This document shows positions 20,226 to 30,169 of a DNA stretch of 64,000 bases, in pieces. This DNA comes from an archaeon (GTDB taxonomy: Archaea; Nanobdellota; Nanobdellia; Woesearchaeales; UBA9642), in contig JAGVGF010000006.1 in NCBI GenBank assembly GCA_020057295.1, forward strand, positions 32,001 through 96,000. The letters run 5' to 3'. The position numbers were made by a program, and so were the translations under genes. Position 1 is the stretch's first letter. The number at the start of each line of letters is the position of its first letter. The notes below the pieces were generated by a model that was given only the letters and a program-made list of their open reading frames with translations, did no database searches and was not told where the DNA came from.

Positions 20226-20924
20226 GTGATAGATACCATTAATCCTAAATGGGCAATTAATAAGAAGAAGATAGATATAATATTTATTATAGCCATAGTT
20301 TTATTATTATGGTTAACTGTAATTTCCGCGTTTATTAGTCCAGAATCTGTTAAAGACTGTATATTTGCAATCCTTGTTATGGGTATATTTTATACAGTAC
20401 AGAAAAGATATCACGTACCAATAATTATAATAATCATAGCAATATTACCATTTTTCTTTCACCTATGTGGTGTGATTTTCTTATTCTACGAGGAATTAAT
20501 ATTGGGTATTGGTTATGATAAAATAATACATTTTGTAAACGCATTTTCAGGAACCATTGTCGCTTTTTATCTTTTAATAGCACACTCTAAAAAAATGCCT
20601 TTATTAAAAGTTTTTGCTGCAATATTAATAGTTGTGGGAATAGGTGCAATAGTTGAGAATATAGAATTTATTGGATCAAAATATCTTGACATGAAAGGAC
20701 CAACAATCTTAAGTCAAGACAGTTTTTCAGCTAGTGTAAAAAATTCAATACTAAAAAGATTCACGTTATCAGAACAAGTACAAATAGATATGATAGAACA
20801 AGATACGCCCTGGGATATGTTATTTAACACTATAGGTACAATAGCAGGAGCATTAGTCATCTGGATGTTATGGCATGTTGATAAGGAATATCTTAAAGAA
20901 AGAACACATGTTCACGAAGAATAA
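20226..20924 (+). CDS. DUF2238/VanZ-like membrane protein
   Basis: TM helices with YDKIIHF, ENIEF, DTPWDMLFN motifs. Confidence 0.65.
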   Translation: MIDTINPKWAINKKKIDIIFIIAIVLLLWLTVISAFISPESVKDCIFAILVMGIFYTVQKRYHVPIIIIIIAILPFFFHLCGVIFLFYEELILGIGYDKIIHFVNAFSGTIVAFYLLIAHSKKMPLLKVFAAILIVVGIGAIVENIEFIGSKYLDMKGPTILSQDSFSASVKNSILKRFTLSEQVQIDMIEQDTPWDMLFNTIGTIAGALVIWMLWHVDKEYLKERTHVHEE

Positions 20925-21008
20925 CTTCTGACAAGCAATAATTAATTACTAAGTAAGGTATCGTTTTCTATACCGCACATATTTAAATTATTGTGCTTTA
21001 CTGTATAT

Positions 21009-21719
21009 ATGAAGAACGTATTATATTATAAATTTGTGAAATTGCAAGATTTAGAAAAATTACAATCAAATCATGAAAATGTTTGCAAGAAACTAAATCT
21101 ACTTGGAAAAGTAATTCTCGCACCAGAAGGTATAAATGGATGTTTATCTGGAGAAGAAAACAACATTGAAGCATATGTTAAATTTATTAAAAAAGAATTT
21201 TCTATAAAAGATATAGATATAAAAATAACAAATACGAAGGAACATAATTTTAGAAAGCTTTGGATAAAAATAAAGCCACAGATTATTGGAACTAAGAATT
21301 GGAATGCTAATATAGAGAATACTGCAGAGTATATTGAGCCTTCTGAATTAAAGAAATTACTTGACAACAAAGAAGAAGTATATATTATTGATGCACGAAA
21401 TAACTATGAATATGATTCAGGACATTTTTCAAATGCACTTTATCCTAATATTAAAACATTTAGTGTATTTCATGATCTAATTAAGGATTTAGAGCACTTA
21501 AAAGACAAACAAATTGTGACGTATTGCACTGGAGGAATTCGTTGTGAGAAGGCATCAGCATTCCTAAAAGAGAATGGATTTACTAATGTTAAACAACTTC
21601 ATGGCGGAGTAATCAATTACGCTAAAAAGAATGGTTCATCACATTGGGAAGGCAAATGTCTAGTATTTGACAATAGGAATGAATTAGATATGGATGATAT
21701 AAAGAATTTTTCGGATTAG
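21009..21719 (+). CDS. trhO: TrhO/YceA-like rhodanese-domain tRNA U34 hydroxylase, lacking C-terminal domain
   Basis: YYKFV, APEGING, IDARNNYE, YCTGGIRCEKAS, LHGGVINY, GKCLVFDNR. Confidence 0.85.
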   Translation: MKNVLYYKFVKLQDLEKLQSNHENVCKKLNLLGKVILAPEGINGCLSGEENNIEAYVKFIKKEFSIKDIDIKITNTKEHNFRKLWIKIKPQIIGTKNWNANIENTAEYIEPSELKKLLDNKEEVYIIDARNNYEYDSGHFSNALYPNIKTFSVFHDLIKDLEHLKDKQIVTYCTGGIRCEKASAFLKENGFTNVKQLHGGVINYAKKNGSSHWEGKCLVFDNRNELDMDDIKNFSD

Positions 21720-21875
21720 AGTAAACAATCAACTATTTTAACTTCTGTTCAAATCTGTTACGTTACGCGTAACATTTATAAATCATCTAAAATTCCCTAT
21801 ACTATACCCGTTAGGCATACAGTCAATGATTCTATTGACCGCTGTCTGTTCACTACAATCATGTAGGAGGGCCAC

Positions 21876-22532
21876 ATGAATAAAAAAGAATGCTTAGAAG
21901 TAATACAAAAGTTAAGGAAAGATAATCCTAAGAAGAAATTTGTACAGATGGTAGACTTAATCATAAATCTACAAGATTTAGACTTTAAGAAGCCAGAACA
22001 TCAGATTGATTTCTACATAACATTACCACATAATACTGGTAAGCAAAAGAAAATTGCAGCATTAGTAGATGTAGATTTATTTGATGAAGCAAAGGCTAGT
22101 TGTGATATGGTCATTCCATTGTATCAATTTGAAGAGTATGCAAAAGATAAGAAAAAAATCAAGAAGCTTGCAAAGCAGAATGATTATTTTATTGCACAAT
22201 CAACATTAATGGCTAAGATTGCAGCAACATTCGGTAGAGTTTTAGGTCCAAAGAATAAAATGCCTAATCCAAAAGCAGGATGTGTTGTATTACCAAGAAC
22301 TAATCTTAAACCATTATATGATAAATTACAAAAGACAATAAGAATATTAGCAAGAAATAAACCAATAGTACAACTAACTATAGGCAAAGAAGACATGACT
22401 GATGAACAGCTAGCAGACAACTTGTTAATAATATACGATCAATTAATACATCATTTACCTAAAGAAAAAAATAATCTGAAAAACATTTTCATCAAGACCA
22501 CAATGGGTCCTGCAATGAAGGTGGAGGTATAA
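21876..22532 (+). CDS. rpl1: 50S ribosomal protein uL1
   Basis: KKFVQMVDLIINL, GRVLGPKNKMP, KTTMGP. Confidence 0.95.
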   Translation: MNKKECLEVIQKLRKDNPKKKFVQMVDLIINLQDLDFKKPEHQIDFYITLPHNTGKQKKIAALVDVDLFDEAKASCDMVIPLYQFEEYAKDKKKIKKLAKQNDYFIAQSTLMAKIAATFGRVLGPKNKMPNPKAGCVVLPRTNLKPLYDKLQKTIRILARNKPIVQLTIGKEDMTDEQLADNLLIIYDQLIHHLPKEKNNLKNIFIKTTMGPAMKVEV

Positions 22533-22533
22533 G

Positions 22534-23415
22534 ATGACACTTAGCGACTCCACGGTAAAAGGTAAAGGCAGAGCGCATGTATCTGATGCTAAATTAAAGG
22601 CTGTTCAAGATATTAAAGATGTCATTGAACATTATCCTGTTATTGCAATCATAAATTTAGAAAATCTTCCAGCAAGACAATTGCAGAAGATGAAAACTAA
22701 ATTAAGAAAAGATTTAGAGATAAAGGTTGCAAAGAAAAGCGTAATTGAACATGCACTACAGCTTTCTACTAAAAAAAATATAGGAAAATTATCAGAATAT
22801 CTTGTTGGTAGTCCAGCATTATTATTAAGTAAAGAAAATCCGTTTAAAGTTTACAAATTATTAAAACAGAGTAAAAGTGCAGCAGCAATAAAAGCTGGAC
22901 AAATTACTCCTAAAGATTTAGTACTACCGGCTGGTCCAACACCATTCGCTCCAGGTCCAATAATCGGAGAGCTTGGAATGTTAAAAATCAAAGCAGGAAT
23001 CGAAGCTGGTAAAGTAGTTATTAAGGAAGATGCACATGTCGCAAGTAAAGGCGATGTTGTTAACGACAAATTATCATCATTATTACAAAGACTAGGAATA
23101 GAACCAATGGAGATAGGTTTGAATCTTGTCGCAGCATACGAGAATGGCGAGATATTAGTAGGAGATGTCTTGGATATTGATGAAAAAGTATTCATGGAAA
23201 AATTACAGACAGCAGCTAGAGATGCATTAAATTTAGCAGTTGAAGTAGCATATCCATCAAATGATACAATTACATTACTGATACAGAAATCATACAGAGA
23301 AAGTAAAGCAATAGCATTAGAAAGAGATATATTAGCAGACGCAGTAGTAGAGCAAATATTATCTAAAGCTGATGCACAAGCAAATGCTGTATCGGAAATA
23401 GTCAATAAAGAATAA
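22534..23415 (+). CDS. rpl10: 50S ribosomal protein uL10 (P0)
   Basis: LPAGPTPFAPGPIIGEL, LGIEPMEIGL. Confidence 0.95.
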   Translation: MTLSDSTVKGKGRAHVSDAKLKAVQDIKDVIEHYPVIAIINLENLPARQLQKMKTKLRKDLEIKVAKKSVIEHALQLSTKKNIGKLSEYLVGSPALLLSKENPFKVYKLLKQSKSAAAIKAGQITPKDLVLPAGPTPFAPGPIIGELGMLKIKAGIEAGKVVIKEDAHVASKGDVVNDKLSSLLQRLGIEPMEIGLNLVAAYENGEILVGDVLDIDEKVFMEKLQTAARDALNLAVEVAYPSNDTITLLIQKSYRESKAIALERDILADAVVEQILSKADAQANAVSEIVNKE

Positions 23416-23478
23416 GTTGACAATAATATTTAAAAAAATACAGAATATAACAAGATTATATTTTTGGAGGTACATAAA

Positions 23479-23781
23479 ATGGAGTACGTATATGCCGCAA
23501 TGCTTTTACACAAAGCAGGACACAAAGTAGATGAACAACACGTTAAAAAAGTATTAGAAGCAGCAGGCGCAAAGGTCGATGATGGCCGAGTAAAGGCACT
23601 AGTTGCAGCATTAGAAGGTGTTAATATTGACGAAGCAATAAAGAATGCAGCAGTCATGGCAGCACCTGTAGCAGCAGTAGCAGCAGAACATAAGCCAGCA
23701 GCAGCAAAGAAAGACGATAAAAAAGAAGAAAAACAAGCTGAAGAGCAGTCAGCAGCAGGCTTAAGCGCATTATTCGGATAA
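23479..23781 (+). CDS. rpl12: 50S ribosomal stalk protein P1/L12
   Basis: [11 protein letters not shown]...AAGLSALFG; ggagg SD. Confidence 0.95.
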   Translation: MEYVYAAMLLHKAGHKVDEQHVKKVLEAAGAKVDDGRVKALVAALEGVNIDEAIKNAAVMAAPVAAVAAEHKPAAAKKDDKKEEKQAEEQSAAGLSALFG

Positions 23782-23858
23782 AACCGAAAATATTTTTTAT
23801 TTTAATACTATTTTTAACAAATATTTTTTATTAAATTGTTTAAGGTGAATTACCTAAA

Positions 23859-24746
23859 ATGTTGGATGAATCAGAAATTTCAAAGTTATTAGCAGAGTAC
23901 AATAGTGTTAAGACAGAAGTTAGAGATTTAAGAAATAAGATTAATTTTCTTGACAGAAAAAAAGAAGAACTATTTAGAGAAAAGAGAAAAATTTCTTCAG
24001 ATATTCATTCTAGAATAAGAGTTGCTAAAGATTCTAAAGATAAACGTAACAATTTAACTGAAGCTGTAAAAAACACAAAACATTCTAAGGAAGAGATTGA
24101 AGCAAAAATTATCGTATTAGACGAGGAAGTAAAGAAATTACGTGAAGAGAAATCTAAGGTTTTACAGAAGAGCGGTGTTGAAGATCCTATGATGTTAAAG
24201 AAAAACATCAAAAAATTAGAATTCAAAATTGAAACTGAAGGTTTAACATTTGAGAAAGAAAAAGAGATGATGAAAGTTCTTTCTAAGATGAAGAAGCAGT
24301 ATGAAAATACAAAATCTATAAGTGATATCGAGAATAAATTAGGTTCTAAATTCCGTGAATTAAGAGATTTAAGAACAATGATAGATATGACTAAGAAGAT
24401 TGTTCAAGTATCGGCTAAAGAATCACAAAAACATCACGTTGAATTAATCGAATCATCCAAAGAGATTGATGAACTAAAGAAAAAAGAAGATGATTTTGAA
24501 GGCAATGCAAACAAGTTTAAAGCAGAAATATCAGAGCTGAATCAAGAATTAGATAAAAAGTTTGAATTAATGAACTCATTAAAACAGAAATTAACAGATA
24601 ACAATGTTAGATTAAAAGAAGATCAAGAAAAATCTAATCACGAGATATTGAAGCAAAAGGATGAACAAGTCCAAGAAAAAATTAAGACAGGAAAGAAATT
24701 AACAACAGAAGATTTATTAATTCTACAGCGAACAATGAAAAATTAA
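23859..24746 (+). CDS. Archaeal long coiled-coil protein (COG1340-like)
   Basis: Heptad E/K-rich; LEFKIETEGLTFEKEK and GKKLTTEDLLILQ motifs. Confidence 0.75.
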   Translation: MLDESEISKLLAEYNSVKTEVRDLRNKINFLDRKKEELFREKRKISSDIHSRIRVAKDSKDKRNNLTEAVKNTKHSKEEIEAKIIVLDEEVKKLREEKSKVLQKSGVEDPMMLKKNIKKLEFKIETEGLTFEKEKEMMKVLSKMKKQYENTKSISDIENKLGSKFRELRDLRTMIDMTKKIVQVSAKESQKHHVELIESSKEIDELKKKEDDFEGNANKFKAEISELNQELDKKFELMNSLKQKLTDNNVRLKEDQEKSNHEILKQKDEQVQEKIKTGKKLTTEDLLILQRTMKN

Positions 24747-24823
24747 GTTATATTATACATTCTCAAAATATATTATAATCTTATTTTATCAAACTTTTTA
24801 AATTCTAATTATTAATCAATAAC

Positions 24824-25231
24824 ATGACATGCCCATTCTGCGATGTTAAAACACACGTTAAGAAAATAGTTAAGGATTTTAAATATTGTAGAGTAATATT
24901 TTGTAACCCAAGATTAATGCCTGGACATCTTTTAGTTATACCAAAAAGACATGTAGAAAAATTATCTGAATTAGATCAGAAAGAGCTTAAGGAATTAATC
25001 ACTGTTCTAATAAACTATCAGGAAAAATTATTGAAAATAAGTCCTGGATGTGACATAAAGCAACATTACAGTCCATATCTAAAAGAAGGTAGATTGAAAG
25101 TTAGACATCTACATCTTCAACTCCAACCAAGAAGAAAAAATGACGCATATTACAAACATGCAAAACTTGCATCGTTATACAAAAATATTACAAATAAAGA
25201 AATAAAAGATGTGATGAAAAAATTAAAATAA
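24824..25231 (+). CDS. HIT-family hydrolase (HxHxQ variant)
   Basis: CPFC, PGHLLVIPKRH, HLHLQ. Confidence 0.8.
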   Translation: MTCPFCDVKTHVKKIVKDFKYCRVIFCNPRLMPGHLLVIPKRHVEKLSELDQKELKELITVLINYQEKLLKISPGCDIKQHYSPYLKEGRLKVRHLHLQLQPRRKNDAYYKHAKLASLYKNITNKEIKDVMKKLK

Positions 25232-25296
25232 GAGTAAATCGAGATAAGTAGTTATCTTTATCAAAATTTATAAATTCTATTAGCATTATTAGAAGC

Positions 25297-26055
25297 ATGA
25301 CACTATACTTTATAGGTATCGGACTATGTGATGAGAACGATATAACTGTTAGAGGTCTAGAAACTGTCAGAAAATGCGATGTAGTTTATTTAGAGAAATA
25401 TACTTCTGTGCTTCAATGTCCTATTGAAGATTTGGAAAAATTATATCATAAAAAAATTATTCTTGCAGATCGTGAACTTGTTGAAAGAAGAGCCTATGAA
25501 ATTTATGAAGGCGCTAAAGATAAAAATGTTGCTTTCTTAGTTGTCGGAGATATTTTTGGCGCTACAACACATACAGATTTGATGTTAAGAGCTAAAGAGA
25601 ATGGTGTTGAATGTGAATTTATTCACAATGCATCAATAATTAATGCTGTAGGTATTGTGGGATTAGAATTGTATAAGTATGGAAAAACAACAAGCATTCC
25701 ATTCGCAACAGAGAGTTTTAAGCCAGAGACACCCTATGAAGTCATTAAGATGAATCGAAAAGATGGATTACATGCTTTAGTTTTGCTTGATTTAAGACCT
25801 GATGAAAGTAAATTTTTAACAATCAATGAAGCTATAAGATACTTATTACACATTGAAAATAATCGTAAAGAAAATGTATTCACTGAAGATACCGTATGTG
25901 TTGGATGTGCACGTATAGGATGTAAAGATTTTAAGATCAAAATTGGTAAGGCTAAAGATTTACAGCATGAAGATTTCGGCAGACCATTACATTGTCTAAT
26001 TATACCCGGAACATTACACTTCATCGAAGAAGAAGCACTAAAACAGTGGGAATAG
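25297..26055 (+). CDS. dph5: Diphthine synthase
   Basis: LYFIGIGL, YLEKYTS, GDIFGATTH, LELYKYGKTTSIP, LHFIEEEAL. Confidence 0.95.
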   Translation: MTLYFIGIGLCDENDITVRGLETVRKCDVVYLEKYTSVLQCPIEDLEKLYHKKIILADRELVERRAYEIYEGAKDKNVAFLVVGDIFGATTHTDLMLRAKENGVECEFIHNASIINAVGIVGLELYKYGKTTSIPFATESFKPETPYEVIKMNRKDGLHALVLLDLRPDESKFLTINEAIRYLLHIENNRKENVFTEDTVCVGCARIGCKDFKIKIGKAKDLQHEDFGRPLHCLIIPGTLHFIEEEALKQWE

Positions 26056-26089
26056 TAACCTATTTAAATACGGATTATTATAATCTATC

Positions 26090-26578
26090 ATGTTTAAAAG
26101 AGGTTCGAGAATGCGTCTTAAACGCAGATTCTATAAGAGAGGTATTTCTCCATTAATAGCTACTGTTCTATTGATAGCTTTCGCTGTATCTATTGGTACA
26201 ATGATTATGAATTGGGGAAAAGATGCTGTGGCTGTCGGTGATTGTACAGAAGCTAAACTTGAAACTCAAGTGATTAATTCTAAACCATTATTTTGCTATG
26301 ATACATTAAACAACAAGGTTAATGTAATGGTCAAGAACGTTGGGAGTGTAGATGTTACTAGATTGAAGATGCGTGTAATAACTCCTGATTTTAATACTGA
26401 AGATAGAGAAATAGTTGATAGTAGTATCAAAGCAGGAGATATTAAAACTAAAAATATTGATTATACTAAAGCTGGAAAATTCCGTGTAGAAATAATACCT
26501 GTAATCACTGTTGGCGGAAAAGAAAAAATTTGTTCTGAAAAATACATATTTGTAGATGATATAGATCGATGTAACTAA
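26090..26578 (+). CDS. Archaeal pilin/archaellin-like protein
   Basis: KRG|ISPLIATVLLIAFAVSIG. Confidence 0.85.
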   Translation: MFKRGSRMRLKRRFYKRGISPLIATVLLIAFAVSIGTMIMNWGKDAVAVGDCTEAKLETQVINSKPLFCYDTLNNKVNVMVKNVGSVDVTRLKMRVITPDFNTEDREIVDSSIKAGDIKTKNIDYTKAGKFRVEIIPVITVGGKEKICSEKYIFVDDIDRCN

Positions 26579-26622
26579 TTCTAAATAACTTTATAAAAAC
26601 ATCTAACATAACAATTAGTGAT

Positions 26623-27411
26623 ATGGAACTCCGTTTAAACATTAATAAGACTATTGAACAGAATGCCGAAGTGTACTTTGAGAAAGCCAAAAAGTATAAG
26701 AAAAAAATTCCTGGAATATTAAAGACCATAGAATTGTATAAGGATAAACTTTCCAAAGCACAATCAGCGTATGATACTGAACAATCTAAACCTAAAATTG
26801 AAAAGATTAAGAAAGAATGGTTCGAAAAATTCAGATGGTTTATATCATCTGATGGATTCTTAGTTATTGGTGGAAGAGATGCAACTACTAATGAGATTAT
26901 AGTTAAAAAATATATGAATAAGAATGAGATAGTATTTCATACAGAATTGCCGGGAAGTCCATTTGTAGTAATAAAAAATCCTGATAATCAGAACATACCC
27001 GAACAAACTATCAAAGAATCCGCAGAATTCTGCGCAAGTTTTAGTAAGTCTTGGAAGTCTGGAAGAACAACAGCAGAAGTATATCACATAACTCCAGAAC
27101 AGGTTAGTAAAGAAGCACCGGCTGGAATGGCCGCTCTTGCTAAGGGATCGTTTATGATTAATGGAAAAAGAAATTATGTGAGTCCTGCATTAAATCTTGC
27201 GATATGTAATATTGGCAGAATAATGGCAGGTCCTGTTTCAGCTGTAAAAATACAATGTGAAGATAAGGATTTAAAATATGTAGAAATAATACAAGGTGAA
27301 GATAAATTAAGTGATGTCGGTAAGAAAGTACAGAGAATAATCGGTGGAGAATTGGATGATATAATAAGAAATCTTCCATCAGAATGTGCAATCAAAAAGG
27401 ATAAGAGGTAA
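26623..27411 (+). CDS. NFACT-R (DUF814) RNA-binding protein, short Rqc2/NEMF-like
   Basis: QNAEVYFEKAKK, WFEKFRWFISSDGFLVIGGRDATTNE, KGSFMINGKRNY. Confidence 0.9.
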   Translation: MELRLNINKTIEQNAEVYFEKAKKYKKKIPGILKTIELYKDKLSKAQSAYDTEQSKPKIEKIKKEWFEKFRWFISSDGFLVIGGRDATTNEIIVKKYMNKNEIVFHTELPGSPFVVIKNPDNQNIPEQTIKESAEFCASFSKSWKSGRTTAEVYHITPEQVSKEAPAGMAALAKGSFMINGKRNYVSPALNLAICNIGRIMAGPVSAVKIQCEDKDLKYVEIIQGEDKLSDVGKKVQRIIGGELDDIIRNLPSECAIKKDKR

Positions 27412-27415
27412 AGAA

Positions 27416-27676
27416 ATGGATAAAGTATTCAAGGAACTAAGGAAGGAATCAAAAATTTTAGCCCCGAATATAATTATTGGGAAGAATGGTTTAACAGATG
27501 GTGTAATTAGAAATATAAATTTCGAATTAAATAAACAAAAAATTGTAAAGATAAAGATTCTCAAAAGTTATATTGATACGGCAGGGAAAGATAAGACTTT
27601 TGCAGATATAGCAGAAAAAACTGGTGCAAAAGTAGTTCAAAAAATAGGTTTTACGATAAGTTTAACAAAAAGGTAA
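27416..27676 (+). CDS. YhbY/CRM-domain RNA-binding protein
   Basis: IIIGKNGLTDGVI...IVKIKIL...VVQKIG. Confidence 0.85.
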   Translation: MDKVFKELRKESKILAPNIIIGKNGLTDGVIRNINFELNKQKIVKIKILKSYIDTAGKDKTFADIAEKTGAKVVQKIGFTISLTKR

Positions 27677-27768
27677 CTTATAGACAAGAGATAAGAGTAT
27701 TCATTCAAGCGTAAGGTTTATAAATATGTGTTTCTAAGGATATTATTGCGTAGATGTTAGTCTCTTTA

Positions 27769-27886
27769 AAAAGAGGATATTTGTTTAGTAGGCTCATACA
27801 GATGTTTAATTGAGTGTTCAGCCGAGTTCATTGTAGCTAGACATGATTTCGAGAATTCGCTAGCAACTAAACAAATATAAAAGAGG
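27769..27886. repeat. 102-bp element with perfect 13-bp terminal inverted repeats flanked by 8-bp direct repeats (MITE-like or structured leader RNA)
   Basis: AAAAGAGG[ATATTTGTTTAGT 27777-27789 ... ACTAAACAAATAT 27866-27878]AAAAGAGG. Confidence 0.6.
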
Positions 27887-27891
27887 ATATT

Positions 27892-29385
27892 ATGGCTGAT
27901 GATAAAAAGGAAGAAAAAAGCCCTATCGAACTAGTTGGTCAAGAGTGGAATTGGGCTGAAGAAGAATTTGAAGATAATAAAGATGTATATGTAAAGACTA
28001 ACTATCCCGAGCCTCATAGAAAGTTTAGGATAATTTACGAAGCATTCTCATTATCTATGGAAGAAACATATTATTGGATACTTAATGCTTTACAACAAGA
28101 TATGGCGTATCCTAAAGTTGAAAAGATAACAGACATGTTTTCTAGTGCAGAACACAGTTCGATATTTGGTCAAGCATCACAAAGATTAAGCATACAACAG
28201 GATCGTATACAAAATCTACTCGCTACTGTTGGTAAAATGGTTAAAGATGTTTTTGCTCTGGTTAGAGAATTAAGAATTATTGATGAAAGAATAGCTGCTT
28301 ATGATGCATGGAATAAGGAACACAGCAAGTCTGCAGATTCTACTTTAAAACAATTATATATTGACTTTGTAGAAAGTCAAGGCGGTCAAACCAAACCATC
28401 TTCAATATATGGTTTAGCGCAAAATTTAGGTTACGTTACATTACCAGATTTCTATTTTAATACTCGTGTTTTTAAAAAAGAAGATGTCGATAAGACTGTT
28501 GATGCACTATCTACCAATAGCAATCTTAAAAATGTTTTAAGAAGAAAATTATTCGAGTTCATTGTGTGGAAGGAAGAGACTGAAAAAGAAATTAGAAATA
28601 GGAGAACGTTTAGTTTACAATATTTAAGGCAACATTGGGCTGTTATCAAAATGTATATGGGATGGTTAAAGCCTTATTTAAGAAATGTTAAAAGACTTAG
28701 TATGAATGATCAGCAGATGCTTGGCCCAGAAATAATTTCTGCATTTGAAACTGCTGCTTTAGAAATTGAAATATTAGCTTATGATCCAACAAAAGCTAAA
28801 AAAGATGTTAGTGGATGTATATTAATAAATTTCAAATATTTTGTCAAGCCATCATTAAGTTATCAACAGCCAGAAAGTTATCAGAGAGGTCCAATACATG
28901 TTGGTAAGGTAGATATAACTATGAGAAGTTATGGTTGGTCACAGGCTGAAGTCGATGCGTATAAAAATTATCGTAGCAAGGAAGAGATGGACTTACTAGG
29001 AATTATTGACGCATCATTAAAGGCTGCAATGGATACGTTATCTGAGGATTTAGAAAAATATCTTGCACAAGCCGGAGAGGAAGAATTCAAGAAAAAATTT
29101 GAGGAAAAAGCTGCAGCAGAAAGTAAGGATGATAGAATATTTATTTACAAATTTTTAAATATAAAGACTGTAAAGAAAAAACAACACGGTGCTAGTGCTG
29201 CCGAACCGTTTATTGCAATATTTATGGGATTCGGAGAAATATTGGGAGCATTTCTTCCATCAAAGGTCGAGCAGATTAAGGTCACAATTAGTGATAAAAA
29301 TGATAAGGCAAAAAGTGATGCGTCTGGTAAGTTAGTAAAATTATGGGGAATATATAAAAAGTCTCATCAAATGCTTACATGGTAA
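27892..29385 (+). CDS. Hypothetical protein, mostly helical, first gene of a three-gene operon
   Basis: 497-aa ORF, gagg SD, no recognised catalytic motif. Confidence 0.85.
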   Translation: MADDKKEEKSPIELVGQEWNWAEEEFEDNKDVYVKTNYPEPHRKFRIIYEAFSLSMEETYYWILNALQQDMAYPKVEKITDMFSSAEHSSIFGQASQRLSIQQDRIQNLLATVGKMVKDVFALVRELRIIDERIAAYDAWNKEHSKSADSTLKQLYIDFVESQGGQTKPSSIYGLAQNLGYVTLPDFYFNTRVFKKEDVDKTVDALSTNSNLKNVLRRKLFEFIVWKEETEKEIRNRRTFSLQYLRQHWAVIKMYMGWLKPYLRNVKRLSMNDQQMLGPEIISAFETAALEIEILAYDPTKAKKDVSGCILINFKYFVKPSLSYQQPESYQRGPIHVGKVDITMRSYGWSQAEVDAYKNYRSKEEMDLLGIIDASLKAAMDTLSEDLEKYLAQAGEEEFKKKFEEKAAAESKDDRIFIYKFLNIKTVKKKQHGASAAEPFIAIFMGFGEILGAFLPSKVEQIKVTISDKNDKAKSDASGKLVKLWGIYKKSHQMLTW

Positions 29386-29440
29386 ATTTGTAGAATATAA
29401 CATAAAAATAAGAAAAGTAAAAAACTAATTATAATATAAA

Positions 29441-30169
29441 ATGGTAAAAACTGCTAATGATGTTATGGATATTACTCCTTTAGAGAGAATGGATAAATTA
29501 GAAGATATAGAGACAGAGAAACGTGGAACGATTGCTTCTAAAAAGAAAGAGTTTGAAGAATTAGAAAAAAATACAAAAAAAGGATTAGAAGAACTAGATC
29601 AAAAGAAACGTAAAGAATTTGAAGAATTAGACAAGAGAAAACAAAAAGATTTAGATGAACTAGATAAGAAACGTAAAGAACTCAAGGATTTAGAGGATAA
29701 AAAATTAAAAGAAATTGAAGAGACTGAAGCGCTAATTGAGAAAAGTTTTCAAGAATTGATGCGTCATAAAAGAATATTATTAAAAGAAGAGGATGACAAG
29801 GATCAAGATCGAAGAAAAACTAGCGCCGCAGAGATTAACTTAGAAGAGGTCGCAAATACAGCGCCGAAAATTGTTCCTGAAGGCGTGCATATGAATTATA
29901 GTAAATTTTTTGAGAACTTGCAAGCCCCACAAAAGTTTTACGAAATTAATAATCCATCATTTTATGAAGGATTAACTGGTTTAAGAAATAAAGCTGCTAC
30001 AGGACAGATTACTCCTGAAGAAGAAATGTTTGTTGAAAAACTTCGTAATCAATTCGAACAATTTACACAAAATCAACAGTATACTGAAAATGATCAGAAT
30101 CAATATATTAAGAGATCTATGAGTGTTATCGATCAAATTGGTAAATACCATAAGATGAGGAGCGACTAA
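29441..30169 (+). CDS. Coiled-coil protein with 11-residue K/E repeats
   Basis: KKKEFEELEK / KKGLEELDQ / KRKEFEELDK / KQKDLDELDK repeats. Confidence 0.75.
   Translation: MVKTANDVMDITPLERMDKLEDIETEKRGTIASKKKEFEELEKNTKKGLEELDQKKRKEFEELDKRKQKDLDELDKKRKELKDLEDKKLKEIEETEALIEKSFQELMRHKRILLKEEDDKDQDRRKTSAAEINLEEVANTAPKIVPEGVHMNYSKFFENLQAPQKFYEINNPSFYEGLTGLRNKAATGQITPEEEMFVEKLRNQFEQFTQNQQYTENDQNQYIKRSMSVIDQIGKYHKMRSD

Noticed and set aside
26623-27411. Rqc2 pseudogene (missing NFACT-N and HhH)
   Set aside because: Has its own TATA and start, intact frame, and no upstream remnant; more likely a naturally short form.
27748-27891. SRP RNA, RNase P RNA or a known riboswitch
   Set aside because: None of the diagnostic motifs I know (SRP helix 8, RNase P GAGGAAAGUCC, TPP/FMN/fluoride cores) is present; kept only as an unexplained element.
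29530-29720. Periodic DNA similarity suggesting a tandem repeat or CRISPR-like array
   Set aside because: Degenerate in-frame 33-nt coding repeats of a coiled coil; no spacers or cas genes in the window.
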